Below, piece after piece: positions 30,740 to 39,872 of a stretch of 64,000 nucleotides of DNA (positions are counted from its first letter, which is position 1; each line of letters begins with the position of its first letter). The notes beneath the pieces were generated by a model. It saw only the letters and a program-made list of their open reading frames with translations. It ran no database searches and was not told where the DNA came from. The stretch lies in the UHGV virus genome UHGV-0286546, one strand, 5' to 3'. The DNA is from a virus. The position numbers and the translations under genes are program-made.

Positions 30740-32386
30740 TTACATCATGCCGGGCATCATATTAAGGCTTACACCTTTACTCTCGACAGGATCAGTGCAA
30801 ATCATAACACTAGAAGTTAAAATGACAGAAGCAATTGAAGAAGCAGCATAAACTGTACCTTTTACTACTTTAACCGGATCAATAATTCCATCTTCTAATA
30901 AATTTACAACTTGCATTGTTTTTGCGTTGTATCCGATTTCAATATCATTTTTAGATACAACTTCTTTTACTACATCATTGACATTTACACCAGCATTACT
31001 CAAGAGCGTTTTGAATGGAGCTTTCAATGATTTAGCAAAAATATCAATACCTACTTTTTCATCTGGATCAGCAGCTTCAACTTTATCTAAAATTCTATCA
31101 GACAAATAAAGCAATGTATTACCAGCACCTGGCAAATAACCTTCTTCAAGTGCAGCTTTTACAGCATACTGAGCATCATCTAATCTATCACGTAATTCTT
31201 TGATTTCCTCTTCAGAAGAACCACCAACTTGAATTACAGCAACACCAGTAGTCAAAGAAGCAAGACGTTTACCAAGTTGTTCTCTTTCGTATGTATCATT
31301 TTCTTTAAGAGCACCAATTAAACCTTCGATTGCTTCTACACGAGCTGCAATACGTGCCGAATCACCTTTACCACCACGAATAATTGTTTCATCTTTCTTA
31401 ATGATAATTTTTTCGCAAGAACCAAAGGAAGCAGCAGACATTACTTCAAATTTAATTCCCATCGGATCATCACCGACATCTGCACCGACATAAATACCCA
31501 AGTCACGCAAAATATCTAAACGACGGTCACCATAACCAGGAGCTTCAATACATGCCAACTTAATTTGACCGCCAGAACGAATAATGTTCATAGCCAAACC
31601 TTGTGTTACGCTGGTATCAAAAGACTCAGCAATAATAACTACTGGTTCACCCTTAGAAACAGGAGTCTGGATAACATCAATTAAAGCAGACAAATTTGAA
31701 ATTTTACCGTTACTCAAGATGATATGCGGATTATCAAATTCAGCTGTCTGATCTTCGTGATTATTAACAAAAAACTGAGAGGTCCAACCTTTATTAAGTG
31801 TCATACCTTCTTTGAAATCAAGACGAATTGTACGATCTTTTGTTTCTTCAACCAATACAACACCGGCTTTACCAACCTTGCGATAGGCTTCTGCAACAAT
31901 TTCACCAAGTTTTCTATCACCGTTAGCAGAAACAGTAGCAATGTTAACTAAATCTTCATCACTCTTGATTTCTTTAGCATAACTATCCAAAGCACCGATA
32001 ACATAATCTTTAGCTTTTTCAATACCACGACGCATAGAAGTACGATTGACTTTGTTTTCACTCAATTCAATCATTCTCATACCAGTATTTACAATTTCCT
32101 GACCCAAAACAGTAGCAGTAGTTGTACCATCACCGCAATTTGACATCTGTTTTTGTGCAATAGAGATAGCCAAGTCAGCACCGAGCTTAATACGTTCATC
32201 TTTCGGTTTAATTTCTTTTGCTACAGAAACTCCGTCTTTTGTAATTACAGGATTTTTATCTTCTCTTTGAATAACTACTGTATTACCACGAGGTCCCAAT
32301 GTGCTTTTTACAGCATTTGCAACAAGATTTAAACCATCTACCAAATACTTTTCTGTTTCTTTATCAAAATATGTCGAAGTACTCAT
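30740..32386 (-). CDS. groEL: Chaperonin GroEL (Hsp60) homolog
   Basis: 548 aa. Contains the GroEL nucleotide-binding signature GDGTTTATVL and a C-terminal Gly-Met tail (MMPGMM). Collinear similarity to bacterial GroEL throughout. Confidence 0.93.
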   Translation of the reverse strand: MSTSTYFDKETEKYLVDGLNLVANAVKSTLGPRGNTVVIQREDKNPVITKDGVSVAKEIKPKDERIKLGADLAISIAQKQMSNCGDGTTTATVLGQEIVNTGMRMIELSENKVNRTSMRRGIEKAKDYVIGALDSYAKEIKSDEDLVNIATVSANGDRKLGEIVAEAYRKVGKAGVVLVEETKDRTIRLDFKEGMTLNKGWTSQFFVNNHEDQTAEFDNPHIILSNGKISNLSALIDVIQTPVSKGEPVVIIAESFDTSVTQGLAMNIIRSGGQIKLACIEAPGYGDRRLDILRDLGIYVGADVGDDPMGIKFEVMSAASFGSCEKIIIKKDETIIRGGKGDSARIAARVEAIEGLIGALKENDTYEREQLGKRLASLTTGVAVIQVGGSSEEEIKELRDRLDDAQYAVKAALEEGYLPGAGNTLLYLSDRILDKVEAADPDEKVGIDIFAKSLKAPFKTLLSNAGVNVNDVVKEVVSKNDIEIGYNAKTMQVVNLLEDGIIDPVKVVKGTVYAASSIASVILTSSVMICTDPVESKGVSLNMMPGMM

Positions 32387-32413
32387 TTAAAATTCTTCCT
32401 TTTTTATTAAATG

Positions 32414-32748
32414 TTAGACTAAATTACCTGCGTCATCAGTTTCTTCAAGAATAGTAGCTTCGATTTCTTTTGCTACGATATCATTCATATAAACTCTGAT
32501 TAACTTCTGATTATTAAATGTAACTTTTGTACCAGAAACTTTAGCAAATGCAACTTTATCACCAATTTTTACGCTTGCAGGCACAAAATTACCATGATCA
32601 AAGTAACCTTCACTACAAGAAACTACCTCGCCAAATGTAAAATCTACATCCAAGGAATCAGGAATAATCCAATCACCTTTCTTTACTTCTCTTTCTGCTT
32701 CTTTTACAAAAACATTAGCACCCAGAGCAGCATACATCTTATTAGCCA
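32414..32748 (-). CDS. groES: Co-chaperonin GroES/gp31-like (111 aa from internal Met)
   Basis: Aligns with GroES: a mobile-loop-like segment (NVFVKEAEREVKKGDWIIPDS) and a C-terminal beta-barrel segment (FGEVVSCSEGYFDHGNFVPASVKIGDKVAFAKVSGTKVTFNNQKLIRVYMNDIVAKEIE). Start chosen at ATG 32746-32748, which is preceded by AAGGAG ~10 nt upstream. The track ORF extends to 32797. Confidence 0.75.
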
Positions 32749-32756
32749 TTATATAT

Positions 32757-32972
32757 TTACTCCTTGTTTTCAAAATATTCTTTAATGTTATCCGCACCTT
32801 TTATAACGGAATTGTCATCTAATACCAAAGTAGGTAAAATTCGAATACCTTTTTCTTTTGCCAAATCCATATTATCTTCAGCAACAATTTGATTAACTTC
32901 AATATTGTTTTCTTTTAAATATGCTTTTAAATTCTTACACGGAATACAATTTTTACCAACAAATAAATCCAT
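32757..32972 (-). CDS. Glutaredoxin/NrdH-like small redox protein (CxxC)
   Basis: 71 aa with CIPC near the N-terminus and a thioredoxin-fold-like layout (ILPTLVLDDNSVIKGADNIKEY). Confidence 0.55.
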   Translation of the reverse strand: MDLFVGKNCIPCKNLKAYLKENNIEVNQIVAEDNMDLAKEKGIRILPTLVLDDNSVIKGADNIKEYFENKE

Positions 32973-32984
32973 TATACTTTATCC

Positions 32985-33170
32985 TTAAAATCCTAAAAAT
33001 TTTAACGCTTTTGAAAAGAAATTATTATTTTTATTCTTTTCGAATTTTGCAACAGGATGCCATTTTACAGTAGGTTTAGATTCTTGTTCTTCTTTTTCTG
33101 CGGCGTTTGTTGCAAATTGTTCTACTTCATTCTTAGTAATATCTTCATCTTTCTTCTTTTTAGTTGCCAT
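32985..33170 (-). CDS. Small lysine/glutamate-rich hypothetical protein (61 aa)
   Basis: Complete ORF co-oriented in the operon. Low-complexity, highly charged. Confidence 0.3.
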   Translation of the reverse strand: MATKKKKDEDITKNEVEQFATNAAEKEEQESKPTVKWHPVAKFEKNKNNNFFSKALKFLGF

Positions 33171-33206
33171 TTTTATATCCCCAATTGTTTATGTATACTT
33201 ATAGAA

Positions 33207-34706
33207 TTAATATTGTGGTAAGAAAATCAATTGAAAACTTCCATTATGATGAATAATGCAGTTACAATGTGCCCAATTGGTTAAACCCTGCTGATTATAA
33301 TTTAATTTAAGCTTAGATAACGTACCTACAACAACTACCTTTTCATAAATTTCAGGGGAATGGGTATGACCGTGAATTAAACTATCAAAACCTCTATTGA
33401 AGCTTCGTACACTACCTTTTGCTCCTGCTATTCCACAATCTCCGTGCTCATTTACCTCAAACCCATTTATTTTACAACTAGTATTCTTTTCTAATTGTAT
33501 AAAGTTTTCTGGTAATACATCTGTTAAAATAGTTTCTCCATCCAAGTATTTAATAAAGAGCTGAGCTGCTAACCTTGCATTTGGTGTATCTTTATTAAAA
33601 TCTTTTTCTAAATACTTTCTGACAAATTCATCGTGATTACTACTTATAATACAGAAAGTAGTCTTAGGACATTTTTCAGAAATAATATTTAATCTTTCTT
33701 CTACAATATTTAATTCTGTCTCTAAGTCTTGATTTGAATTATTTCTATTTTTAGCTCTTGTAAAAGGTAAATTAAACTCATGATGTGATATACTATTCCA
33801 AGAAGCCACATCATGAATAAATACATATTGTGGTTTGTATTTATTTACCATATTTAATGAATCCATCAATGCAGACGGACTTTCTTCTGGTAAATGTAAA
33901 TCTCCTAATACCATACTCGCAATAGTATCTTCTTTGTATTCATTTTCTTTATCATATTTTTTATTTAAATCGTAGATAAAACCTTCCTTAAAGATAAGGT
34001 TTCTACTTACATAGCGTTGTGCATTATCATCATAATCAAGTAAAACTGCACCTAAAGTATGGTTTTTTTCATCCAACGCACCACTTACAGTTGTTTTATA
34101 TTCTACATCTGAAATCGTACCTGTTGAATATGCAATTCTGTAATCTTCATATTGTTTATAAGGCAAGATTTTCATATATTGTTTACATGATCCAACAATA
34201 ACCGTAGTATATCCAGTTGTTAATCTATCTAAATTTACTAATGGATTCTTTTGTGTATTTGGAATAAGAAAATCTTTAACTAAACATTTCTTATCTTTTT
34301 CAAAAATTACTTCTGTAGCCAAATAAGGACGTAAAAGATTAAACGTACTACTATCAAATAACTTATTTCTTTTTACGTTTTTACCCCAAAGAATAACTAA
34401 ATCTGCTTTATTTCTATCACAATAGTTTTCAAGAGTATAAAAGCATTCAAGATTTACATCTGCTCCATCTGGTACATGAGTAATTACAACTTTTTTATTT
34501 TTTAAAGTTTTTACAATGTCTGTACGATTAACCAAAAGAGATTTTTCTGCCTCTTCTGTAAAATTAGACCAACTACCCCAAACTTTTTCAATAAAACCTG
34601 ATGAATATCCAGTATTTGCTTTTCTATATTCATCTCTACTTATTTTTTTATCATAAGCACTACATAAATCTTTGTATGTTTGTATAATTTCTCTAATATT
34701 AGTCAT
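33207..34706 (-). CDS. Calcineurin-like metallophosphoesterase
   Basis: 499 aa with phosphoesterase motifs VLGDLHLP, IHDVASWN...HHE and GHTHSP, in the canonical order GDxH...GNHE...GHxH. Confidence 0.7.
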   Translation of the reverse strand: MTNIREIIQTYKDLCSAYDKKISRDEYRKANTGYSSGFIEKVWGSWSNFTEEAEKSLLVNRTDIVKTLKNKKVVITHVPDGADVNLECFYTLENYCDRNKADLVILWGKNVKRNKLFDSSTFNLLRPYLATEVIFEKDKKCLVKDFLIPNTQKNPLVNLDRLTTGYTTVIVGSCKQYMKILPYKQYEDYRIAYSTGTISDVEYKTTVSGALDEKNHTLGAVLLDYDDNAQRYVSRNLIFKEGFIYDLNKKYDKENEYKEDTIASMVLGDLHLPEESPSALMDSLNMVNKYKPQYVFIHDVASWNSISHHEFNLPFTRAKNRNNSNQDLETELNIVEERLNIISEKCPKTTFCIISSNHDEFVRKYLEKDFNKDTPNARLAAQLFIKYLDGETILTDVLPENFIQLEKNTSCKINGFEVNEHGDCGIAGAKGSVRSFNRGFDSLIHGHTHSPEIYEKVVVVGTLSKLKLNYNQQGLTNWAHCNCIIHHNGSFQLIFLPQY

Positions 34707-34712
34707 ATATAC

Positions 34713-35456
34713 CTACTTCTTTTTACTTTTTGTACTATTTTTGGATTTATTTTTCTTTGAATACTTATTTTTTAACCAACTATCAAAACCTTTTTCATAT
34801 TCTGCAAAATCTTGTTCAGTTTTAAGTTTTTCTTGTAAATCGTTTTCAATAACAACGTCTGCTAAGCCGTATTTAAGACAATCTGCGGCGTTTAAATAGC
34901 CTCTTTCGTCTGCTTGTATCTCTAATAATTTTTCTCTTTTCAATTTGCCATCACAAGCATTCAAATATAAGTTTATAATATTTTCAGCGTGCTCTTTATT
35001 TTGAATATATACTTTTTCTATTTCACTATGCTTTTGTGTAATGTCAAATATACAACCAAAATGAATAAAATGTTTAGAAAGACTATTAATAAATCTTTGA
35101 TCACCATTTGCTGCAAGAATAGAAGCAGCGCTACCTGCACTACCTAAAACAAAAGTATAAATTTCTATGTTATTTAATCTTGCCATATTCATTAATCCAA
35201 GCAACGTAATCATAACACTAACATCACCACCCGGACTATTAATGATAAACATTAACTTTTTACGCACATTTTGTTCATTTAAAACATATTGAGTCAAATC
35301 ACCTATCAAATATGCACAATTATCTGCTGTAATCTCATCTAAAATAAAAACTTTGTCATTATACATGTAATTTTTATAACAATTCAAAGTCAATGCATCA
35401 TTATTACCATTCCAAGACATGTTTTGTAGTTCTACCTTCAAAAAATTAAATAACAT
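34713..35456 (-). CDS. clpP: ClpP-family serine protease (possible prohead protease)
   Basis: INSPGGDVSVMITLLGLMNMARLNNIEIYTFVLGSAGSAASILAANGDQ aligns with the ClpP active-site region (INSPGG...GxAASMG). Has a lysine-rich C-terminal tail. Confidence 0.8.
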   Translation of the reverse strand: MLFNFLKVELQNMSWNGNNDALTLNCYKNYMYNDKVFILDEITADNCAYLIGDLTQYVLNEQNVRKKLMFIINSPGGDVSVMITLLGLMNMARLNNIEIYTFVLGSAGSAASILAANGDQRFINSLSKHFIHFGCIFDITQKHSEIEKVYIQNKEHAENIINLYLNACDGKLKREKLLEIQADERGYLNAADCLKYGLADVVIENDLQEKLKTEQDFAEYEKGFDSWLKNKYSKKNKSKNSTKSKKK

Positions 35457-35568
35457 ATATCATTGAATCCTAATTAAAGGGCTCTATTTTAATAAATATT
35501 TCCGTTTCTGGTTCAAAATGTTCTAATATACAAATAGTTTTCTCAAAAAATTAAAGGATTTTTAATAA
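35457..35568. promoter_or_regulatory. Divergent intergenic region (likely promoters for the clpP-like operon and the plus-strand operon)
   Basis: A 112-bp AT-rich spacer between divergently transcribed genes, with several TATAAT-like hexamers. No specific promoter boxes assigned. Confidence 0.35.
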
Positions 35569-36033
35569 ATGTCTCCGGAAGAATTAGATGAATTAGTCAA
35601 TGAATATTTTATTATGACTTTTATGGATATTTATGGCTTAGTTGACTTATCAAACCATACTACTTATCATAATATTGTAAAAACTCTAACTAAGAAAGAT
35701 AAAAAATTTCAAAACATTGTTAATGATGTTAATTCTTTCGTTAACAGCAGTAAAAATAAATTCCCGCCTGAGATAATTAAAAAAGCGTTAATTCGTAATT
35801 TAGTCAAAAAAGGTGTAGATAAAAATATTTTAGTTCGTGCAGAAAATACTTTTAACAGAGAAGAATTACATAATAATGATTCAGTCACAGAAGCAAATGA
35901 AGAAGATTGGATGATTGTATGGCAAAATTCTAAAAATAAAAAGAATTTCGATTATTTAAAAGCTAAAGAAAACGAAAGTTTTAGTGATTATTTACACAGA
36001 ATCAGAGACGAATATAACAAAGGTCAAATCTAA
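35569..36033 (+). CDS. Hypothetical protein (154 aa)
   Basis: Complete ORF. Translationally coupled to the next gene through a TAATG overlap. Confidence 0.35.
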   Translation: MSPEELDELVNEYFIMTFMDIYGLVDLSNHTTYHNIVKTLTKKDKKFQNIVNDVNSFVNSSKNKFPPEIIKKALIRNLVKKGVDKNILVRAENTFNREELHNNDSVTEANEEDWMIVWQNSKNKKNFDYLKAKENESFSDYLHRIRDEYNKGQI

Positions 36034-38264
36034 TGAAAAAAGAAAACGATATTAAATTGCTCAACGAAGCAGATGATACTTATACTTCTGTTGCGAATGC
36101 TCCAAAACCGTTTAATCCATCTAAACCAGATTTAAATTTTGATGATAGTACAGAAAACCAATCTGCCGATAAAACTAAATTAACAAAGATGGCATTAGAT
36201 AAAATCACTCAATCTTTAGAAGTATCTGATGAATTACAATCTATTCTTAACCAAATTAAAAAGTTAAACACTGAAGAAGGTTCAAACGAATGGAAAATTA
36301 ACGAAGAAGGTAATACTGCAACATTAAAAAATAAAAACGCTAGAATCTTTAAACAAAATAATAATCTCTGCTTGTCTTACAACGACAAAGTAGAATTGTT
36401 TAACTCAGTAGCAGAATTACACTCTTGGTTAAAATCTCATAATATGCCTCTTCCTAAAGGTATACAATTACATGAAGCAAAAGGTGGATTTAATATTCTT
36501 CCTGATAGTCCTTGGTATAATATCTTAAATAATAAAACTACTGCTGATGGAATGAAAATCGGTGATAAAACGACTTGGACTAAAGATGATGCTGATGAAT
36601 TAAAATTACAAAATAGAAAACCCGTTGTAAAAATGGGAAGAACTGCCTATAAAAATGCTACACAGTTCATGAAGCAAAGCGAATTAGATCCTTCGAAATG
36701 GCATCAAACCAAAACAAAAGAATTTCCAGAATCAATAAACGAAGAAAACCAATTAGATAAAGATATGTTGTGGTACTTAGAATATCAAGACAAAAATCAC
36801 GAGTCTTCATTATATTTAAATCAAGACTGGCAAGAAAGTAATTTGTTAACAGATAACCTCGATCATGCTGCAGTATTTCCAACAAGAGAAACTGCGATGC
36901 AAGAAGTTAGAATCGTTTATGCACTTCATGACACAGATGCTCCATTTAAACCAATTCAAAATTCTACGTTAGGTGAATGCTTTGGAGGGGAAATTACAAC
37001 AGGTACATTAGGTTCTGCTGTTACATATACTGCTGATAAAGATAAAAAAGAAGCCTTAGACGAAGAAACAGAATTAAAAGAAGTCATGGGTTTCCCTGGT
37101 ACTCCATTTGAAAACGTAAAATATGCAAAAGCTGTAACTAGAGCTAAAGAATATTTGAAATGGTTAGCAGGTAAAGATGAGTATGGTCGTCATAACTTAG
37201 CTTTAGATCCTAATCATGAAGAACATGAGCAGCAAGCTATAGCAGACTATAACAAAGAAATGATGACTAATGCTATTTATTGGGATTGGGATGCCTTGTT
37301 TAAAAAATATCTTGACCCTAAAACAGGACGCCCTCTCAATAAAGAAGAATTTAGAAAGTACATCTTAGACACAGTTAATCCAAAATACGGCATTGACATT
37401 AACCCAGATGAAGATATTTTAACTAAAAACTATGTACAGGACCCAAATAGACCTAATTTAACAAAAGCAGACTTTGCAGTACGTTCTCCACATAATACTG
37501 CTCAATTTAAAGCTTTCGGTGACTGGTATAGAGCAAATAAGTATGATTCAATCGGTAATCCTATTTGGAAGAAAGACTTAGATGCTGCTAAAAGTGAATA
37601 TCAAAAAACTTTAAACAATCCATCAAGTGATTCTCAAACTAATATCACAGGTATAATCAATAACTTAAGTCAACTGATTGATAATAACTTACCTGATGAT
37701 CAAGTTATGAATGAAATTGTCAAATATAAAAGTAAATTATCTCCAACCGATTTCAATTTATTAGTTGATCAAATTGTTACAGCAGGTAAAAATGGACAAT
37801 TAGACTTAAATGATACTATGTTAATGATGTTGCCTTATGTAAAAACATCTACACAAACCGAATCAATCTTCAATAAAACTAAAAATACAGAATTAAAAGA
37901 AGACGATTCTCCGGCTGATTTTGCTACTGGTCCAGCTCCTGATAACAACAATACAACAGTAAATGTATCTCAGGACTCACCAGAAGCTCCAGAATCAACA
38001 AATGACACTCCTGATATGGGTATGAATACTCCGGAAGGAAACAGTGCTCCTGCCGCTAGTTTTGGAGACATAAACATAGGAGGAGGTTCTGGTGGATATG
38101 GACCTGAAGAAGATATACCTGCTGCTCCTATGCTAAATGAGCCTGAATATCAAATTATAGACGTCTTAGTAAACGATCAAGATGATACAGATGTAAAGGT
38201 AAAAGTTAAAAATCTTGATACAGGTAAAATAGAAACAAAAAACCTAAATGAAATAGACGTATAA
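36033..38264 (+). CDS. Large hypothetical protein (743 aa) with low-complexity acidic Gly/Pro-rich C-terminus
   Basis: Complete ORF. The C-terminal 120 aa are rich in P/E/D/G/N (PEAPESTNDTPDMGMNTPEGNSAPAASFGDINIGGGSGGYGPEEDIPAAP). Confidence 0.35.
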   Translation: MKKENDIKLLNEADDTYTSVANAPKPFNPSKPDLNFDDSTENQSADKTKLTKMALDKITQSLEVSDELQSILNQIKKLNTEEGSNEWKINEEGNTATLKNKNARIFKQNNNLCLSYNDKVELFNSVAELHSWLKSHNMPLPKGIQLHEAKGGFNILPDSPWYNILNNKTTADGMKIGDKTTWTKDDADELKLQNRKPVVKMGRTAYKNATQFMKQSELDPSKWHQTKTKEFPESINEENQLDKDMLWYLEYQDKNHESSLYLNQDWQESNLLTDNLDHAAVFPTRETAMQEVRIVYALHDTDAPFKPIQNSTLGECFGGEITTGTLGSAVTYTADKDKKEALDEETELKEVMGFPGTPFENVKYAKAVTRAKEYLKWLAGKDEYGRHNLALDPNHEEHEQQAIADYNKEMMTNAIYWDWDALFKKYLDPKTGRPLNKEEFRKYILDTVNPKYGIDINPDEDILTKNYVQDPNRPNLTKADFAVRSPHNTAQFKAFGDWYRANKYDSIGNPIWKKDLDAAKSEYQKTLNNPSSDSQTNITGIINNLSQLIDNNLPDDQVMNEIVKYKSKLSPTDFNLLVDQIVTAGKNGQLDLNDTMLMMLPYVKTSTQTESIFNKTKNTELKEDDSPADFATGPAPDNNNTTVNVSQDSPEAPESTNDTPDMGMNTPEGNSAPAASFGDINIGGGSGGYGPEEDIPAAPMLNEPEYQIIDVLVNDQDDTDVKVKVKNLDTGKIETKNLNEIDV

Positions 38265-38272
38265 AATTAATT

Positions 38273-38306
38273 AAGGGTTAGAAATAAAAACTAACCCTTC
38301 TTTTTT
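38273..38306. terminator. Bidirectional rho-independent terminator between convergent genes
   Basis: AAGGGTTAG-aaataaaaa-CTAACCCTT, a perfect 9-bp stem, followed by CTTTTTT on the plus strand and preceded by an A/T run that is U-rich on the minus strand. Confidence 0.65.
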
Positions 38307-38591
38307 ACTTTGTTAATTCAGCTTCAATCAATTGTACTAACGCTGATACTTCTGATTTATTAATACCTAATACCTTATTTGTTGTCATATTACGAATATA
38401 TAAAAACTTATCATTAAAATTTACTTTAAATAAGGGAGAACTGTTTTTAAATCTTCCACAAATAAAATCATGAAGTACATTATATAAACTTAAAAGATTT
38501 TTCTTATTACCAATATTTAAGTAATAGTAATTAGAATAAAGTAAATAATCTTGTGTCAAACCATTGATTGTTTTTACTTCAATTTTTAACA
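38305..38591 (-). CDS. Hypothetical protein (about 95 aa from internal ATG)
   Basis: The track ORF begins at a GTG at 38619. An ATG at 38589-38591 (MLKIEVKT...) has a GAGGA Shine-Dalgarno ~9 nt upstream and is preferred. Confidence 0.35.
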
Positions 38592-38894
38592 TTTTATAAA
38601 ATCCTCGCGTCGCGCACACGTTAATATATATTTTATATATGTAATAGAAACTATAAAATGTAAAACAATTATTAAAGATATTTAGGATTATTGTAAGATT
38701 ATTAAATTTTAAAAGTATTAAATATTATTGGTATTTAATAGGTATTCTTCGTCATATGGACAAGTAATGTACGATTTAGATATTTTATTATATATAATAG
38801 AAGTATAAGTCAAATAAAAAATTTTAAATTAAATTTCCAAATAGTATATTTTTACTATTAAATTATTGAAATATAAAGATAAAAAAATTTAAAA

Positions 38895-39872
38895 TTAATC
38901 TAAAATATAACTATAAATACTTTTCATTCCTGGACATCCTGTTTCATCAAAAATTAACTGAAAGCAATCTCCATTACAGTATTTAAAAAATTTACAAGTT
39001 AAACAATTTATAGATCTTTGTTTTTCTAAGTTTATTAAATTTTCTTTTATTTTTGTATCTATTTTGTCTAAATTACCATATTTTTTATCACAAGTATTAG
39101 GACATCCTGCTATTGTACCGTCTGGATTTATAGTAATTACATCATTCATACAAGATCTATTTCTACAACCTAAGAAAATACCATTGATAGATTGTTTAAT
39201 CCCTTCAAATAAAGGTATTTTAAGTTTATTATTCTTTTCGTATAGTTTATAAGCTTTTAATAACCAATTTTGTAAATCTATATTATATGGTCTTAAGTTA
39301 TTATCTAAGGCTCTACCCGTATTAGTTATTCTTTCAAAATTAAAATTATATATATCTTTATCTGTAAAATATTTAAAGATTTCTTCAGGTTCTTTTTCTT
39401 TTATTAAAATATTAGTAAGACATATAATAGGTTGTACATTTATATTATTTTCTTTTAATAACCTAACATTATTTTCCCAAAGTTCTTGTTGATCATCTTT
39501 AAAACGTATTTTATAATCCCAAGATGTTAAAATAAAAGGATTATTATCAAAAGGTAACATCTGTTTAAAAATATCTAAATGTTCTTTTGTTATTTCATAT
39601 ATTAAGTTTGTAGTAATTGTCCATTTAAAGTTTAAATTTTTAGTTTTATATAAAAGATATTGGATATTAGATATATCATACATAAAAGGTTCACCTCCAT
39701 GTAAATGTATATCTATTTCTTCATTATTAGTATTTAATGATTTTAAATAAATAATTACTTTTTCTAATATATTTTTTGACATATTACTATGATTATGTAA
39801 AATTTCATTATAACAATGCTTACATTTTAAATTACAAGCGTTTGTTAATTTTATATATATAGTTTTAGTCAT
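38895..39872 (-). CDS. Radical SAM enzyme with SPASM-like C-terminal Cys-rich domain (family B)
   Basis: N-terminal CNLKCKHC (CxxxCxxC) and HGGEPFM (GGE SAM-binding motif). C-terminus CLTCKFFKYCNGDCFQLIFDETGCPG has multiple Cys typical of SPASM/twitch auxiliary clusters. Confidence 0.85.
   Translation of the reverse strand: MTKTIYIKLTNACNLKCKHCYNEILHNHSNMSKNILEKVIIYLKSLNTNNEEIDIHLHGGEPFMYDISNIQYLLYKTKNLNFKWTITTNLIYEITKEHLDIFKQMLPFDNNPFILTSWDYKIRFKDDQQELWENNVRLLKENNINVQPIICLTNILIKEKEPEEIFKYFTDKDIYNFNFERITNTGRALDNNLRPYNIDLQNWLLKAYKLYEKNNKLKIPLFEGIKQSINGIFLGCRNRSCMNDVITINPDGTIAGCPNTCDKKYGNLDKIDTKIKENLINLEKQRSINCLTCKFFKYCNGDCFQLIFDETGCPGMKSIYSYILD

Noticed and set aside
38305-38619. GTG start at 38619 for the small minus-strand gene
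   Set aside because: The extension adds an implausible Cys/Arg-rich N-terminus encoded by the GC-rich 18-mer. The ATG at 38589-38591 with a GAGGA Shine-Dalgarno is more convincing.
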